24,000 nt of DNA from Candidatus Wolframiiraptor gerlachensis (GTDB taxonomy: Archaea; Thermoproteota; Nitrososphaeria_A; Caldarchaeales; Wolframiiraptoraceae): assembly GCA_021323375.2 (NCBI GenBank), contig JAJPCT020000025.1, positions 1 through 24,000 on the forward strand, given 5' to 3'. Below, in pieces: positions 15,458 through 23,411 of this stretch (positions within the stretch are counted from its first letter, which is position 1; every line of letters starts with the position of its first letter). The notes beneath the pieces were generated by a model. The model ran no database searches and had not been told where the DNA came from. It saw only the letters and a program-made list of their open reading frames with translations. The position numbers were made by a program, and so were the translations under genes.

Positions 15458-15472
15458 TTAGATATATTTATG
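15458..15472. promoter_or_regulatory. Shared A/T-rich TATA-like element (tttagatatatttat) in the 74-nt divergent spacer between the surface-protein operon and the YjbQ gene
   Basis: It sits about 34 nt from ATG 15431 (minus strand) and about 40 nt from ATG 15506 (plus strand), with GGTGGGAG between the box and 15506. The track ATG at 15470 lies inside this element and is therefore unlikely to be a start. Confidence 0.45.
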
Positions 15473-15505
15473 GGATTCGGCTTATGTTCCGCTGGTGGGA
15501 GCGTT

Positions 15506-15925
15506 ATGGTGGTGTATCAGGAGGAGGTTTCTTTTAGGACTCGGGGCGAGGGGGATGTTGTGGATATTACGGGTGAGGTTGAGCGGGTTGTTGAGAGGTC
15601 TGGTGTGAGGAGTGGCGTTGCCCATATCTTCGCGATCGGGTCCACCGCGGCGGTTTCGACGATAGAGTATGAGCCTGGACTTAGGGAAGATCTCTCGGCG
15701 GCCTTGGAGAGGATTGCGCCGAGGGATGCGGAGTATAAGCATCATCTCCGGTGGGGTGACTATAATGGCCATAGCCATGTTAGGGCGACCATTATTGGGC
15801 CGAGTCTCGAGGTGCCTGTGAGGAGTGGGAAACTCGTTCTCGGGACTTGGCAGCAGATAGTCTTCATAGAGCTTGATGTGAGGGCGAGGAGCAGGAGGGT
15901 TGTTGTCACGGTTATGGGCGAGTAG
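15506..15925 (+). CDS. YjbQ/UPF0047 family protein (secondary thiamine-phosphate synthase-like)
   Basis: Family-typical motifs are GVAHIFAIGSTAAVSTIEYEPG, HLRWGDYNGHSHVRATIIGPS and LGTWQQIVFIELD. The preferred start is ATG 15506 (MVVYQEEV...) rather than 15470. Confidence 0.82.
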   Translation: MVVYQEEVSFRTRGEGDVVDITGEVERVVERSGVRSGVAHIFAIGSTAAVSTIEYEPGLREDLSAALERIAPRDAEYKHHLRWGDYNGHSHVRATIIGPSLEVPVRSGKLVLGTWQQIVFIELDVRARSRRVVVTVMGE

Positions 15926-15931
15926 GCGGCA

Positions 15932-16498
15932 TTACCTCGCCTCGCTCGCCACAGTCTCGAGAGTCCACCTAACAGCATTAACTATCTCTCTCAGCCTATA
16001 CTCCTCCCTAAAGTTCCTCACTACTATCTCCTTGACCCTGTCTCCCTCATAGATTATATCGTAGTCGAGCTCGTGGCCCGGCGGTATCAAGCCCTTATCA
16101 ACGCGCTCTCGATCCGCCTTGCTCATGGACTCGAGAACCTTCTTCAATAGGAATGACTGGAGGGGCCTCGAGTCCCTCGTCAAGTTTATCCCGGGCTCGA
16201 TTAGGAACCTCACCTCATTAGGTGAGATGGCCACCCTCGCGAGGACCTCACCGGACCTCGACTTGAGAACCCTAAGCCTCTCCGCCTCCGGCTGCGGGGC
16301 TGGCGCCGGTGCTGGTGCTGATGGCTTGACGGGCCTCGCCTCAGTCGCCTTCTTGAAGCTTATGCTCGCCAGCTCCTCATCCACGAAGCTCCTCATACTC
16401 TCGAGGATCTCGAGCTCGTCTTGGAGCTCCTTTATCCTCCTCTCGATATACTCCTTTATCGCGGCTAGTGCTCGCGCTTTTTCAGAGTCCTCGCTCAT
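15932..16498 (-). CDS. Hypothetical protein: N-terminal coiled coil, (PA)n low-complexity linker, C-terminal ~110-aa globular domain; family not recognised
   Basis: 188 aa. Its ATG overlaps the DNA ligase TGA (ATGA at 16498-16495). Codon usage and amino-acid composition resemble the neighbouring genes. I recognise no catalytic or metal-binding motif. Confidence 0.6.
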   Translation of the reverse strand: MSEDSEKARALAAIKEYIERRIKELQDELEILESMRSFVDEELASISFKKATEARPVKPSAPAPAPAPQPEAERLRVLKSRSGEVLARVAISPNEVRFLIEPGINLTRDSRPLQSFLLKKVLESMSKADRERVDKGLIPPGHELDYDIIYEGDRVKEIVVRNFREEYRLREIVNAVRWTLETVASEAR

Positions 16499-18282
16499 GC
16501 GCTGGGTACACCTCCATCAGCGGCCTCAGCCACCTTCTTCAACTGCCTCCTATACATCTCGAGGAGCTCATCAACGGTCGTCGCATCCTCCGGCGCCTTA
16601 TCGAACCTGTACTTGCCTGTGAATCTCGGGAATCTTATCGCTAGGCCGAATCCCTCCTTGACGACGCCCCATGCCGCGCTATGTATCGGGCTTATCGTTA
16701 TCTCGTCGCCAATTATCTCCAGCACCAGCTTAGGTTCAAACCAGACATCAGCCTCCATACCCGTCTCCACCCTCGGATGCTTACGCGGTATCTCATACGG
16801 CTTCAGCATCTCCGGGAGCTTCCTGAGATCCTCATCAGTAAACCCGCTTCCAACCTTGCAGACTGATTGGAAGACGTCTCTATCCTTGTTATAGGCGGCC
16901 ATCAACAACGCGCCGTATGTCCCGCTTCTCTTACCCCTTCCATGAAATGCCCCGACGACCACGAGGTCAACTGTGTCCATCATCTCGCTCTTATAGCTCC
17001 GCTTCAGCTTTATCCAGAGCCACCCCCTCGCGCCCGCCCTGTATATGGCCTCTTTGCCAAGCGCCTTCACCACGAGACCTTCGCAACCATTCTCTATCGC
17101 CTCATGGAAGAATCTCTCAAGCTCCCTCGGGTCGCTCGTTATAATCGCTTTGCTCAGCTTAACCTTCTCACCCTCCATAATTATCTGCTCTAGTATCCTC
17201 CTCCTCTCCTCTAGGGGCTGGAGCGTCAGATCCCTACCATCCACGTAGAGGGCGTCGAAGAAGTGTATCCTCACAGGATACTGCTCGATCGCCCTATGAA
17301 TATCATGTTTTCTCTTCCTATGCATTAGCTCTTGGAATGGCAGCATGTCGCCGGTATCCGGGTCTATCGCGACGCATTCGCACTCAAGTATAGCCTCATT
17401 TGCCCTGACATGATCCCTGACAAGCTCCACGACATCCGGATACTGGGACGTGATATTCTCAAGCCTTCTCGAGAATATTATCACCTCATCACCCTTCTTA
17501 TGTATCTGCATCCTCTCGCCATCATACTTGTACTCGGCCATGCATTTTCCACCGAGCTTCTGGAGTATCTCCTCCGCTGATGCCAGCCTCTCGGCAAGCA
17601 TCGGCCTTATGGGCCTGCCGATCGCTATCTTGATCTGCTTCAGGCCCTCAATCCCGCTCGTCGCCGCTACCTTGGCCACATAGCCTATGTCTGACGTGAG
17701 ATTATATGCCCTCTCGAAGAGCTCCCTCCACTCCTTGCCACCTCCATAGAGTATCGCAAGTGCGTCAAGTATCGTCATATCCGCTATCCCGAGCCTCATC
17801 TTCCCGGTCACAATCCTGAGGATATACTTCGCCTCCTTGGGCTGGGCCGATGCGAGCAGGCCGCTGAGAATCTGAACCTTCGCCTCCATCGCGCCCTCGC
17901 CAGTCTCCCTCGCAATCCTCTCTAGCGCCGAGTATACGTCCTGGACTGTTAGCTGCTGCATGAAGAGGGTTACCTGGCTCCTCTTAGCAAGCATCCTCTC
18001 GCCGACGAGGCCGACGTCGCCCAGCTCCTTGTAAGCCTTCTCAACCTCCCTCTCGCTCGCTCCAGACGCTAGCTTGACAGCTCTCAGGGCAAGTCTATCA
18101 GCAACACCGAGCTCGATGCCGACGAATGGTGGATAAACCTCACCGAGAGTCAGGTAGACAACCTTATCTATTATCTCGGGCGGGGTCTTCCTGAGAAGCT
18201 GGACGAGGAGGTTAGTCATCTCTATCCTTCCGCTAATCGCCTCAATCTTCTCATAGAACTCCACAAGCTCCGAGAACAGCAT
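16495..18282 (-). CDS. lig: ATP-dependent DNA ligase (archaeal Lig1 type)
   Basis: 595 aa. It has an N-terminal DNA-binding domain, adenylation motif I (AEYKYDGERMQIH), later motifs (FFDALYVDG, EGLVVK, WLWIKLK) and a C-terminal OB domain. Confidence 0.93.
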   Translation of the reverse strand: MLFSELVEFYEKIEAISGRIEMTNLLVQLLRKTPPEIIDKVVYLTLGEVYPPFVGIELGVADRLALRAVKLASGASEREVEKAYKELGDVGLVGERMLAKRSQVTLFMQQLTVQDVYSALERIARETGEGAMEAKVQILSGLLASAQPKEAKYILRIVTGKMRLGIADMTILDALAILYGGGKEWRELFERAYNLTSDIGYVAKVAATSGIEGLKQIKIAIGRPIRPMLAERLASAEEILQKLGGKCMAEYKYDGERMQIHKKGDEVIIFSRRLENITSQYPDVVELVRDHVRANEAILECECVAIDPDTGDMLPFQELMHRKRKHDIHRAIEQYPVRIHFFDALYVDGRDLTLQPLEERRRILEQIIMEGEKVKLSKAIITSDPRELERFFHEAIENGCEGLVVKALGKEAIYRAGARGWLWIKLKRSYKSEMMDTVDLVVVGAFHGRGKRSGTYGALLMAAYNKDRDVFQSVCKVGSGFTDEDLRKLPEMLKPYEIPRKHPRVETGMEADVWFEPKLVLEIIGDEITISPIHSAAWGVVKEGFGLAIRFPRFTGKYRFDKAPEDATTVDELLEMYRRQLKKVAEAADGGVPSA

Positions 18283-18307
18283 TCCACCTGAAAGCCCGCT
18301 AATCGCC

Positions 18308-18314
18308 TAATTAA
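18308..18314 (-). promoter_or_regulatory. TATA-like box (taattaa) about 29 nt upstream of the DNA ligase ATG
   Basis: The spacing to ATG 18282 fits a leaderless or short-leader archaeal promoter. Confidence 0.4.
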
Positions 18315-18372
18315 GCGTTCGCAGCACAATAACCCCTGAATAATCGCGAGTCATACTGCTGAATTGCAAGGC

Positions 18373-18380
18373 TTATATAA
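18373..18380 (+). promoter_or_regulatory. Consensus-like palindromic TATA box (ttatataa) about 30 nt upstream of ATG 18406
   Basis: This is the best TATA match in the window. Its spacing implies a leaderless mRNA starting at or near ATG 18406, and it argues against the track start at 18364, which lies upstream of the box. Confidence 0.55.
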
Positions 18381-18405
18381 GGTCTCCAACACCCCTAGAT
18401 CGAGA

Positions 18406-18783
18406 ATGCAGGTTGCGAGGGATCTCTCGAAGATCGGCGTTCTCCTCATAGGAGTTGCCCTGATCGTTATCGCGGCTATCATTGTGCACTTCTATATCAC
18501 GTATGCTATCCCCCAGATATCTCGGCCGTGGCCAACTTCACAATTCTACGCGTACTGCCGTCACAAGACCATAGTAATCCATGCAGACCGCGACCTCACC
18601 GACATAAGGGTGCTCGATAATAGGTCAAATCAGCTCTGCCTCATTGAGAAAATTCCTGCGGGCTCAGAGGAAATATGTCCTGTTGAGAGCTACGGGATGT
18701 ACCTTGTCCAAGTCGGAGACTATAAGCGCGTCGTCGAATGCATAGAGGAGAAGGCGATGGTTCCAGTGATCGTGCCGGATTAG
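18406..18783 (+). CDS. Small N-terminally membrane-anchored hypothetical protein (about 125 aa, extracytoplasmic Cys-containing domain)
   Basis: MQVARDLSKIGVLLIGVALIVIAAIIVHFYITY is a single TM helix. It is followed by a ~90-aa domain with four Cys. No family is recognised. Confidence 0.55.
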   Translation: MQVARDLSKIGVLLIGVALIVIAAIIVHFYITYAIPQISRPWPTSQFYAYCRHKTIVIHADRDLTDIRVLDNRSNQLCLIEKIPAGSEEICPVESYGMYLVQVGDYKRVVECIEEKAMVPVIVPD

Positions 18784-18824
18784 CAAATCCTTATACCGGG
18801 CCTCCTGAAACCAAGATATCGCGC

Positions 18825-19574
18825 ATGAAGATAGTCTTTCACAGGGATTATTGTAGGGTGTATTCTTCCGATCCGGCTGCTGCTCCCGGCAGGCTTGAGG
18901 CTATACTTGAGGAGCTTGTGGACTGTGAGCTTGTGGAGCCTCGGCCGGCGAGCGAGCATGATCTTGAGCTTATTCATACGAGGGAGCATATAAGCCGGGT
19001 TAGAAACATGGATGAGGTTTATGAGGTTGCCTTGCTAGCGGTTGGCGGCGCTATAATGGCGTCTGAGATAGCTGTATCCGGTGAACCGGCTTTCGGCCTT
19101 ATCAGGCCGCCGGGGCATCATGCCAGCCCAGGCAGCTCATGGGGCTTCTGCTACTTCAACAACATCGCGATCTCTGTTGAGAGACTTAGGAGATTAGGAA
19201 GGATTAGGAGGGCCATCATAGTTGATATAGATCTGCATTATGGTGATGGAACTGCGAACGCCTTCGCCGGAAACCCTGATGTAACTTATCATCATGTCGC
19301 GCTGGGGAGAAGTGAGGTCTTCTTAGATGATCTAACGCGCTTCCTCGAATCGGTCGGGGAATGTGATATCATAGCTGTCTCGGCGGGCTTTGATCGGCAT
19401 GTGGAGGATTGGGGCGAGATGCTTGAGACCGAGGATTATCGTGAGGCTGGTAAGCTGATCAAGGAGTTCTCTGAAAGGGCCTGTGAGGGCAGGAGATACG
19501 CGGTGCTTGAGGGAGGATATAATCACAGGGTCTTGGGGAGGAATGTGAGGGCATTTATCGAGGGCTTTGAGTAG
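18825..19574 (+). CDS. Compact histone deacetylase-family (HDAC/AcuC/acetylpolyamine amidohydrolase-like) zinc hydrolase
   Basis: Motifs appear in the canonical order: IRPPGHHA (His-His), DIDLHYGDGT (Zn ligands), SAGFDRHVED, LEGGYN (catalytic Tyr). The preferred start is ATG 18825 (MKIVFHRDY...), giving about 249 aa. The track start at 18738 overlaps the upstream gene. Confidence 0.82.
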   Translation: MKIVFHRDYCRVYSSDPAAAPGRLEAILEELVDCELVEPRPASEHDLELIHTREHISRVRNMDEVYEVALLAVGGAIMASEIAVSGEPAFGLIRPPGHHASPGSSWGFCYFNNIAISVERLRRLGRIRRAIIVDIDLHYGDGTANAFAGNPDVTYHHVALGRSEVFLDDLTRFLESVGECDIIAVSAGFDRHVEDWGEMLETEDYREAGKLIKEFSERACEGRRYAVLEGGYNHRVLGRNVRAFIEGFE

Positions 19575-19577
19575 TAT

Positions 19578-20030
19578 TTGAGCATTTGGAGGCCTGTCTT
19601 GTTGCTGGATGACTTGATCATCGCGCAGAAGGCTCTAGCCGAGAGAGGCGCGAATATCGTGGTCGCGCGGGGCGGCATGGTCCTCTTCACGGGTTGGTCG
19701 AAGGGCTTAAGGGATCTTGCCAAGATAGCCTTGGAGAGCCCCGAGATTCTAGATGGCTCATCGGTCGCTGATAGGATTGTGGGCAAGGCCGCAGCGATAA
19801 TATTCGCCGTGAATGGTGTCGAGGCCGTTTACGCGCCTACACTAAGCAGGCATGCATTGGATGTGCTCGAGAAAAGCGGGATTAAGTTTCATTATGAGAA
19901 GCTTGTACCTCATATCGAGGCACACGGCGAGGGAATCTGCCCCTTCGAGAGGCTCATCATGGACATCGCCGATCGTGATGAGGCTTATAGAAGGCTCATA
20001 GAAAGGTTTAGGGAGCTTGGATGGGGCTGA
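19578..20030 (+). CDS. DUF1893 (TM1506-like) domain protein
   Basis: 150 aa with a TTG start 3 nt after the HDAC-like stop. The core ADRIVGKAAAIIFAVNGVEAVYAPTLSRHALDVLEKSGIKFHYEKLVPHI...GICPFERL matches my recollection of the DUF1893 consensus (ADkvvGKAAAll...vyA..iS..A...L...gI...y...V..I......CP.E). Confidence 0.7.
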   Translation: MSIWRPVLLLDDLIIAQKALAERGANIVVARGGMVLFTGWSKGLRDLAKIALESPEILDGSSVADRIVGKAAAIIFAVNGVEAVYAPTLSRHALDVLEKSGIKFHYEKLVPHIEAHGEGICPFERLIMDIADRDEAYRRLIERFRELGWG

Positions 20031-20215
20031 AAACGCTGAGAATATAATTATTCTCCTCCTAGTGAGCTGCTGTGTGGAACATTTAAATCCTCGGGGCTTT
20101 TTCCTGGGCTGGGAAGGGGCGGCGATGGCCCGCCAAATTATCTAGCTTCCTGGGGATTGGTTGGCCGCTGCCCGGGATCTGGGTTATTGAGCTTAGTCGA
20201 GGAGGTGTTTGAGGT

Positions 20216-23200
20216 ATGGGGCTAGCTGGCAGATATGATCCGCTCAGCGTCGAGGAGGAGATTGCGAGATGGTGGAGCGAGAATAGGATCCTCGAGAAGG
20301 TTTTCAGGAGGAATGAGGGTGGGCCTGTCTTCGCTTTTCTCGAGGGGCCACCGACTGTAAATGGCTACATGCATGTGGGCCATGCGCGTGGGCGGATATA
20401 CAAGGACATAGTTCTCAGGTTTTATGGGATGAATGGGCTCTATGTCTGGAGGAGGGGTGGATGGGACTGCCTCGGCCTCCCGACAGAACTCGAGACCGAG
20501 AAGAGACTCGGCATACGCTCGAAAAAGGATATTGAGAGAATCGGCATGGAGAGGTTTGTTGAGGAAGCGAACAGGCTTGTCGACTATTATATTGATCACT
20601 GGAGAAGGGCTTCGGAGAGGCTTGCGGTCTGGCTAGACTATGATAATGCTTACCAGACGAGACATGAAAGCTACATGGAGCATGTCTGGTGGCTCATAGA
20701 ACAGGCTCACAAGAAGGGCGACCTCATGGAGAGCTATAGGGTTGTCCCATTCTGCCCGAGATGCGAGACCCCGCTAAGCAGCCATGAAGTCGCGCAGGGA
20801 TACGAGGAGGTTGAGGACCCATCCATATACGTCAAGTTCAGGCTTCAGGGCTCGAGCAACCAGTATATCGTGATCTGGACGACCACGCCCTGGACTCTTG
20901 TCGCGAATGAAGCCGTTGCGGTCAACCCATACGAGGAGTATGTAAGGGTCAAGGTGGGGGATGAGTACTGGATACTCGCCTCTAAGCTCATGGCACTCGT
21001 CTTCGGAGCCCTAGACGTGATGGATTATGAGGTTGTTGAGAGGTTTAAGGGCTCGGCGCTAGCAGGCCTTAGATATGAGCATCCGCTGATCGAGGAGGTT
21101 CCAGCGCACAGGAGCCACGAGCCGCCAGCACATACGGTGATCGAGGCGGAGTTCGTTACCATGGAGGAGGGGACTGGATGCGTTCACATAGCGCCTGCCC
21201 ATGGCCCCGAGGACTTCGAGGTCGGAATGAGAATAGGCCTACCAATCTTCAATCCAGTAGCCTCAAATGGATACTTCACCGAGGATGGCGGCATATTCGC
21301 CGGCGGGTACTTCAAGGATGTCGCCGAGCGCGTTATGGAGATCTTGAAGAAGAAGGGCTTCCTCGTGAAGCGTGATGTGGTCAGGCATAATTATCCGCAT
21401 TGCTGGAGGTGTGGCTCGCCGCTCATCTATCTCTCGAGCAGGCAGTGGTTCCTGAGCGTTAAGCGGATTAAGGAGCTGATGATCGAGGGGAATAAGAGGG
21501 TGAATTGGAAGCCGAGGTGGGCCGGCGAGAGCAGATTCGGCGATTGGCTCGCGAACGCCGAGGACTGGTGCATTAGCAGGACGAAGATCTGGGGAACCCC
21601 GCTCCCGGTCTGGAGATGTGAAAAGTGTGGCGAGATAAAGGTTGTCTCGAGCAAGAAGCAGCTGGAGGAGGCCGAGATAAAGCCGGATGAGATCAAACTA
21701 TTCAGGCCATGGGTTGACAGGGTGATTTTCAGGTGCGGGAAATGCGGCGGCCTCATGAGGCGGGAGCCATTCGTCATGGATACGTGGCTCGACTCCGGCA
21801 TGGCTCATACAGCTAGCATAGATGGCCTGAGAAACAGGGAGCTCTTCAGAAAGCTTTTCCCATATGATTTCATAACCGAGGCGATAGATCAGACGCGCGG
21901 CTGGTTCTACACGCTCCTCTTCACGTCAACGCTACTCTATGGCCAGCCGCCGTATAAGACCGTCCTCAACCAAGGCCATGTCCTCGATGCTGAAGGCAGG
22001 AAGATGAGCAAGAGCAGGGGCAACGTTATCTGGGCTATGGATATTATGAGCAGATATGGTGCGGATCCGCTGAGATTCTACTTAGTCTCCAAGTCGGCTC
22101 CATGGGAGAACATGAACTTCGTGGAGGATGAGCTTAAACAGGTGATCCAAGATCTCAACATACTGTGGAACGTCTTCTCCTTCGCCCTGACATATTTCGA
22201 GCTGGACAAATACGATCCAGAGAGGGTTGGCGTGGAGTCCGTGAAGAGGTATCTTAGGGCAGAGGATAGGTGGATACTCTCGAAGGTGAATAGCCTATGC
22301 AGACAGGTGACGAGCCATCTCAAGTCCCTTGATATACACTCCGCGGCGAGAGCTCTCAAAGACTTCATACTCGAGGATCTAAGCAGGCTCTATGTCAGGT
22401 CGATCAGGAGGAGGGTTTGGGTTGAGGAAGAATCCTGGGATAAGATCGCGGTCTATGCGACCCTCTACTATGTCCTGAAGAAGCTCATCCTCATGCTCGC
22501 CCCAATAACCCCATATCTCGCCGAGAAGCTTTACCAGCATCTGAGGCTTAGAGATGATCCTGAGAGCGTTCATCTATGTGACTGGCCGAAGCCAGAAGAG
22601 GAGATGATTGACGAGGAGATTGAGGATTGCATGGAGATTGCTAGGATAACGATCTCCGAGGCGGTGGCGCTCAGGCAGAAGCATGGCAGGAAGCTCAGGT
22701 GGCCCGTGAAGACGGTGATCATAGCGCCGAGAAGCGCGAAGGCTAAGAAGGCCTTAGAGAGGCTCGTGAACTTTATCAAGCCCCAAGTCAACGCCATAGA
22801 CCTTAGGATACTTGAGGTCGGCGAGAGGCCGGAGGGCATCAAGATAATCTGTAAGCTAGTTTATGAGAGACTTGGGCCGAGGCTCGGCGGCCGGGTTAGG
22901 GAGGTCGCAGAAAGGCTATCGAGGATGAATGGCGAGCTTGTTAGATCGGAGATCGAGTCCAGCGGATCATTCAAGCTCATCCTGAGCGATGGCGCGCCGG
23001 TGGAGCTTACAGAGGAGGATTTATCCTTCGAGGAGGAGCTGCCTGACAACCTCGGGAAGATCGAGGGAAGATTCGCCGACATATACATCGACTTCTCCGA
23101 GACGAGGGATATAGTTGCGCAGTCGCTCGCAAGGGAGATTATTAGGAGGATCCAGGTGATGAGGAAGGAGCTTGATCTCATGATCTCTGACTACATCGAG

Positions 23201-23407
23201 GCGACGATAATCGCTGAGGATGAGGAGGACTTGGAGCTGCTCCAAGAGATGAAGGACTATATTATGGAGGAGGTGCGCGCTAAGAGAATCAGACTCACCC
23301 TAGGGAAGCCCGAGAAGCTTGAGGGCTATATGAAGGAGTGGATGATAGAGGGCAAGAGATATACGATTGCCATCTCGAGGATTCAGGAGGCAGAGGTATC
23401 AAGGTGA
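20216..23407 (+). CDS. ileS: Isoleucyl-tRNA synthetase (archaeal/eukaryote-like type)
   Basis: 1063 aa. The HIGH motif is PPTVNGYMHVGHA, a CP1 editing domain is present, and the KMSKS motif is exact (KMSKSRGN). GAGGAGGTG lies 9 nt upstream of the ATG. Confidence 0.95.
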   Translation: MGLAGRYDPLSVEEEIARWWSENRILEKVFRRNEGGPVFAFLEGPPTVNGYMHVGHARGRIYKDIVLRFYGMNGLYVWRRGGWDCLGLPTELETEKRLGIRSKKDIERIGMERFVEEANRLVDYYIDHWRRASERLAVWLDYDNAYQTRHESYMEHVWWLIEQAHKKGDLMESYRVVPFCPRCETPLSSHEVAQGYEEVEDPSIYVKFRLQGSSNQYIVIWTTTPWTLVANEAVAVNPYEEYVRVKVGDEYWILASKLMALVFGALDVMDYEVVERFKGSALAGLRYEHPLIEEVPAHRSHEPPAHTVIEAEFVTMEEGTGCVHIAPAHGPEDFEVGMRIGLPIFNPVASNGYFTEDGGIFAGGYFKDVAERVMEILKKKGFLVKRDVVRHNYPHCWRCGSPLIYLSSRQWFLSVKRIKELMIEGNKRVNWKPRWAGESRFGDWLANAEDWCISRTKIWGTPLPVWRCEKCGEIKVVSSKKQLEEAEIKPDEIKLFRPWVDRVIFRCGKCGGLMRREPFVMDTWLDSGMAHTASIDGLRNRELFRKLFPYDFITEAIDQTRGWFYTLLFTSTLLYGQPPYKTVLNQGHVLDAEGRKMSKSRGNVIWAMDIMSRYGADPLRFYLVSKSAPWENMNFVEDELKQVIQDLNILWNVFSFALTYFELDKYDPERVGVESVKRYLRAEDRWILSKVNSLCRQVTSHLKSLDIHSAARALKDFILEDLSRLYVRSIRRRVWVEEESWDKIAVYATLYYVLKKLILMLAPITPYLAEKLYQHLRLRDDPESVHLCDWPKPEEEMIDEEIEDCMEIARITISEAVALRQKHGRKLRWPVKTVIIAPRSAKAKKALERLVNFIKPQVNAIDLRILEVGERPEGIKIICKLVYERLGPRLGGRVREVAERLSRMNGELVRSEIESSGSFKLILSDGAPVELTEEDLSFEEELPDNLGKIEGRFADIYIDFSETRDIVAQSLAREIIRRIQVMRKELDLMISDYIEATIIAEDEEDLELLQEMKDYIMEEVRAKRIRLTLGKPEKLEGYMKEWMIEGKRYTIAISRIQEAEVSR

Positions 23408-23411
23408 AACC

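Noticed and set aside
16296-16325. A short tandem GCN/GGT repeat tract
   Set aside because: It simply encodes the PAPAPAPAP linker of the 188-aa protein. It is not a CRISPR-like or regulatory repeat, and it is noted only within the finding for that gene.
16119-17683. Multiple plus-strand ORFs (61-167 aa) opposite DNA ligase and the ligase-coupled hypothetical gene
   Set aside because: These are antisense shadow ORFs with low-complexity composition. The ligase frame carries the KxDG adenylation motif and its full domain order.
18406-18500. Possible class III (type IV pilin-like) signal peptide in the small membrane protein (…DLSKIG/VLLIGVALIV…)
   Set aside because: The charged-residue/Gly cleavage motif is not canonical (KIG rather than K/R-G followed by a small residue). 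No pilus assembly ATPase, platform protein or prepilin peptidase gene lies in the window. A plain N-terminal anchor is the simpler reading.
20066-20090. gtgtggaac next to an A/T stretch, reminiscent of an origin recognition box (ORB) core
   Set aside because: It is a single partial match with no inverted second copy, no flanking duplex-unwinding element of useful length, and no cdc6/orc1 gene nearby.
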